From Bdellovibrionales bacterium (GTDB lineage: Bacteria > Bdellovibrionota > Bdellovibrionia > Bdellovibrionales > CAYMLA01): 64,000 nucleotides of DNA. Below, one piece after another: positions 62,025 through 64,000 of this stretch (its first letter is position 1; every line of letters starts with the position of its first letter). Location of the stretch: assembly GCA_965217115.1 (NCBI GenBank), contig OZ244239.1:288001-352000 (forward strand), in the 5' to 3' direction. The position numbers and the translations under genes are program-made. The notes below the pieces were generated by a model. The model searched no databases and had not been told where the DNA came from. It saw only the letters and a program-made list of their open reading frames with translations.

Positions 62025-62816
62025 TCACTCAATACCTTCATAAATAAAACTTAAAGCCTCTTTGACCATCAACTGAACCCTCTTACACTCCTGTTCTTTT
62101 ATTTTCTTTGTCTCCTCATTCATATAGAGACGGCGATTCATCTCCACTTGAATAGAGTGACGTCCCCTCTGAGGGTCACCGTAACGCTCCGTCACCCGCC
62201 CGCCGATATAAGGCCAATTATAGGCCACTTGAAAACCTGCTCTCTCATAGGAGCTAATGACTAAATCTTTGAACCTCTGACTACAACTCACTCCATTGAC
62301 ATCGCTCACCACTATCTCTGCCCGCTCTTGACCGGGATCACGATGGAAAGATGTCCCTAGCGAAGGCATACTATGGGCGTCCAAGTGATATACCTCTTTA
62401 AGACCCTTCTCTTCAAAATTTAAAAATCTCTCTTCAACAGCTCCATGAAAAGGCAAGTAATAAGCAGTATAAATTTTCTCGTGAAGCTCTTGGGACATTG
62501 GCTTTGATAATAAAATGTCATTTTTAGTGGTTACCGACCAGTGAAGCCCCTTAGAATGGGTCCCGCTTGCGTTCGAACTTCCTTGAACAGAATCCACATC
62601 AATGTCTTCTTTAAAACGGTTTAAATCCACAACATAACGATGCCAACGGGCTTTAATAAAAGGCACTTTAATTTTATCGACAGCCAATTGATAGATCACA
62701 TCTACATAGCGATCCACATCACACATCAAAACTTCTTCTGGTAAACCCTGAAGCCAAGAAGTCTCAGAAACTATCTCCTCTCCTGAGTGTGGGCTAGTCA
62801 CAAAAAATGCTGTCAT
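62025..62816 (-). CDS. N-formylglutamate amidohydrolase family
   Basis: SPHSG, RYVVDLNR, YYLPFH, DAHSMPS, N.PY.GG, IQVEMNRRLYM. Confidence 0.92.
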   Translation of the reverse strand: MTAFFVTSPHSGEEIVSETSWLQGLPEEVLMCDVDRYVDVIYQLAVDKIKVPFIKARWHRYVVDLNRFKEDIDVDSVQGSSNASGTHSKGLHWSVTTKNDILLSKPMSQELHEKIYTAYYLPFHGAVEERFLNFEEKGLKEVYHLDAHSMPSLGTSFHRDPGQERAEIVVSDVNGVSCSQRFKDLVISSYERAGFQVAYNWPYIGGRVTERYGDPQRGRHSIQVEMNRRLYMNEETKKIKEQECKRVQLMVKEALSFIYEGIE

Positions 62817-62980
62817 ATAAAAACACCACGAGTATAAATAACATCACCATTACAAACCATTTTCCATCAAAAACAATCATTGACTCAAAGCCAACAAACT
62901 TGAAAAATCAAATAGAATTAATGCTCCAAATTTATTAACGGCAGAATATACTGTAAATAGACGGGAAAGAGAACTTTATT

Positions 62981-63556
62981 ATGGCAAAAATCTACACAAA
63001 AACAGGCGATAAGGGCCAAACAGGCTTAGTTAGTGGACAGTGTGTCAGTAAAGACCATCCCCGCGTAGATGCTTATGGACAAATTGATGAACTCAACAGC
63101 CGCATTGGCATGGCACGAATTCACACAAATGACGATGAAACTCTCAACTCTTTATCTCAATATCTCGAACGTATTCAGAATGAACTTTTTAATCTCGGCA
63201 GTTTGTTAGCATGTGATGACGATTCTCTACGACTGAATCTTCCTGCTATTAATGAAGAGCATGTACAGTTCCTCGAATCAATCATTGATCAATTCGATCA
63301 AGAGCTACCAGAACTTAAAACGTTCATCATCCCCGGGGGGTCAGCACTTGCCAGCCAATTGCACCTCTGCCGCACTGCTTGCCGCAAAGCTGAGCGCAGC
63401 TGTGTTACTCTTAAAAAACAGAGCTCTGTTCCCGAAGTCTACTTGCAATACTTAAATCGCCTCAGTGATTTTTTCTTCGTCTCTGCTCGTATGGCTAATT
63501 GGTGGCTGGGCATCAAAGATTTTCCCTGGCGCTTTGGGCAAGGGAACCGCCTTTAG
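62981..63556 (+). CDS. PduO-type ATP:cob(I)alamin adenosyltransferase
   Basis: KIYTKTGDKGQT, AYGQIDELNS, FIIPGG, RTACRKAER, YLNRLSD. Confidence 0.95.
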   Translation: MAKIYTKTGDKGQTGLVSGQCVSKDHPRVDAYGQIDELNSRIGMARIHTNDDETLNSLSQYLERIQNELFNLGSLLACDDDSLRLNLPAINEEHVQFLESIIDQFDQELPELKTFIIPGGSALASQLHLCRTACRKAERSCVTLKKQSSVPEVYLQYLNRLSDFFFVSARMANWWLGIKDFPWRFGQGNRL

Positions 63557-64000
63557 CTGGAACTCTATCGTAAAGCTCAGACATTCGTTTGGCAGCGCCG
63601 CTCGCTGAAGCGAGCATCGCACCAAGCCGAACTCGCTTTACGATAGAGTTCCAGCTAAAGGCTTTTGCTTGAAAGCTTCTGGTACTGAGAACAACGGGGC
63701 GCTTTGGGCAAGGAACCGCCTTTAGATGGAACTCTATCGTAGAGCTCAGACATTCGTTTGGGCAGCGCCGCTCGCTGAAGCGAGCATCGCGCCAAGCCGA
63801 ACTCGCTATACGATAGAGTTCCATCTAAAGGCTTTTGCTTGAAAGCTTCTGGGACTGGGAACAACGGGGGGCTTTGGCAAGGAACCGCCTTTAGGTGGAA
63901 CTTTATCGTATAGCTCAGACATCGTTTGGGCAGCGGCGCTCGCTGAAGCGAGCATCGCGCCAAGCCGAACTCGCTATACGATAGAGTTCCATCTAAAGGC
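63528..64000. repeat. Tandem array of 169-bp units, each with a ~114-nt hairpin; runs to the window edge
   Basis: gcctttag starts at 63549, 63718 and 63887; 28-bp inverted arms 63549-63576/63635-63662 and their equivalents. Confidence 0.95.

Noticed and set aside
62817..62980. Cobalamin riboswitch upstream of the adenosyltransferase
   Set aside because: AT-rich, with no recognisable B12-box or core helices.
426..63455. The many short ORFs overlapping or antisense to identified genes (e.g. 426..815, 5367..5852, 16246..16665, 19343..19759, 19763..20293, 58339..58611)
   Set aside because: Shadow frames of well-supported genes, or low-information intergenic ORFs with no motifs.
63528..64000. 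CRISPR array, or coding ORFs 63513..63824 and 63655..63963
   Set aside because: Units are 169 bp with conserved linkers and no unique spacers; no cas genes; indels between copies break the frames.

Overview
64-kb window of a Gram-negative bacterial chromosome. Gene content (tilS-ftsH-cdaA-cdaR-glmM-pdxJ-tsaE, pheST-ihfA-merR, a mevalonate cluster, alternative complex III with ccsBA, type IV pilin, secreted proteases) best fits Bdellovibrionota; this is an inference, not a search result. Most of the window is housekeeping genes on the minus strand. Accessory patches lie at about 6-12.6 kb (pilin, mosaic subtilase lipoprotein, FG-GAP protein, gene remnants), 26-32 kb (secreted protein, trypsin-like protease, ankyrin lipoprotein) and 38-41 kb. 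The two best candidates for undescribed biology are: (1) a LysR-divergent three-gene module encoding an amicyanin-like cupredoxin, a monoheme cytochrome c lipoprotein and a Cyc2-like cytochrome c-porin fusion, i.e. a possible outer-membrane electron conduit; (2) a tandem array of 169-bp units at the right edge, each a long hairpin with compensatory and G-U changes, whose first copy supplies the stop codon of a PduO-type gene. Also seen: a 351-bp ISL3-like MITE, a G9 tract in the predicted ftsH promoter spacer, a C11 tract inside a secreted-protein ORF, and probable ATC starts for infC and cdaA. No tRNA, rRNA or CRISPR array was recognised. All calls are by eye from motifs; no database search was run.
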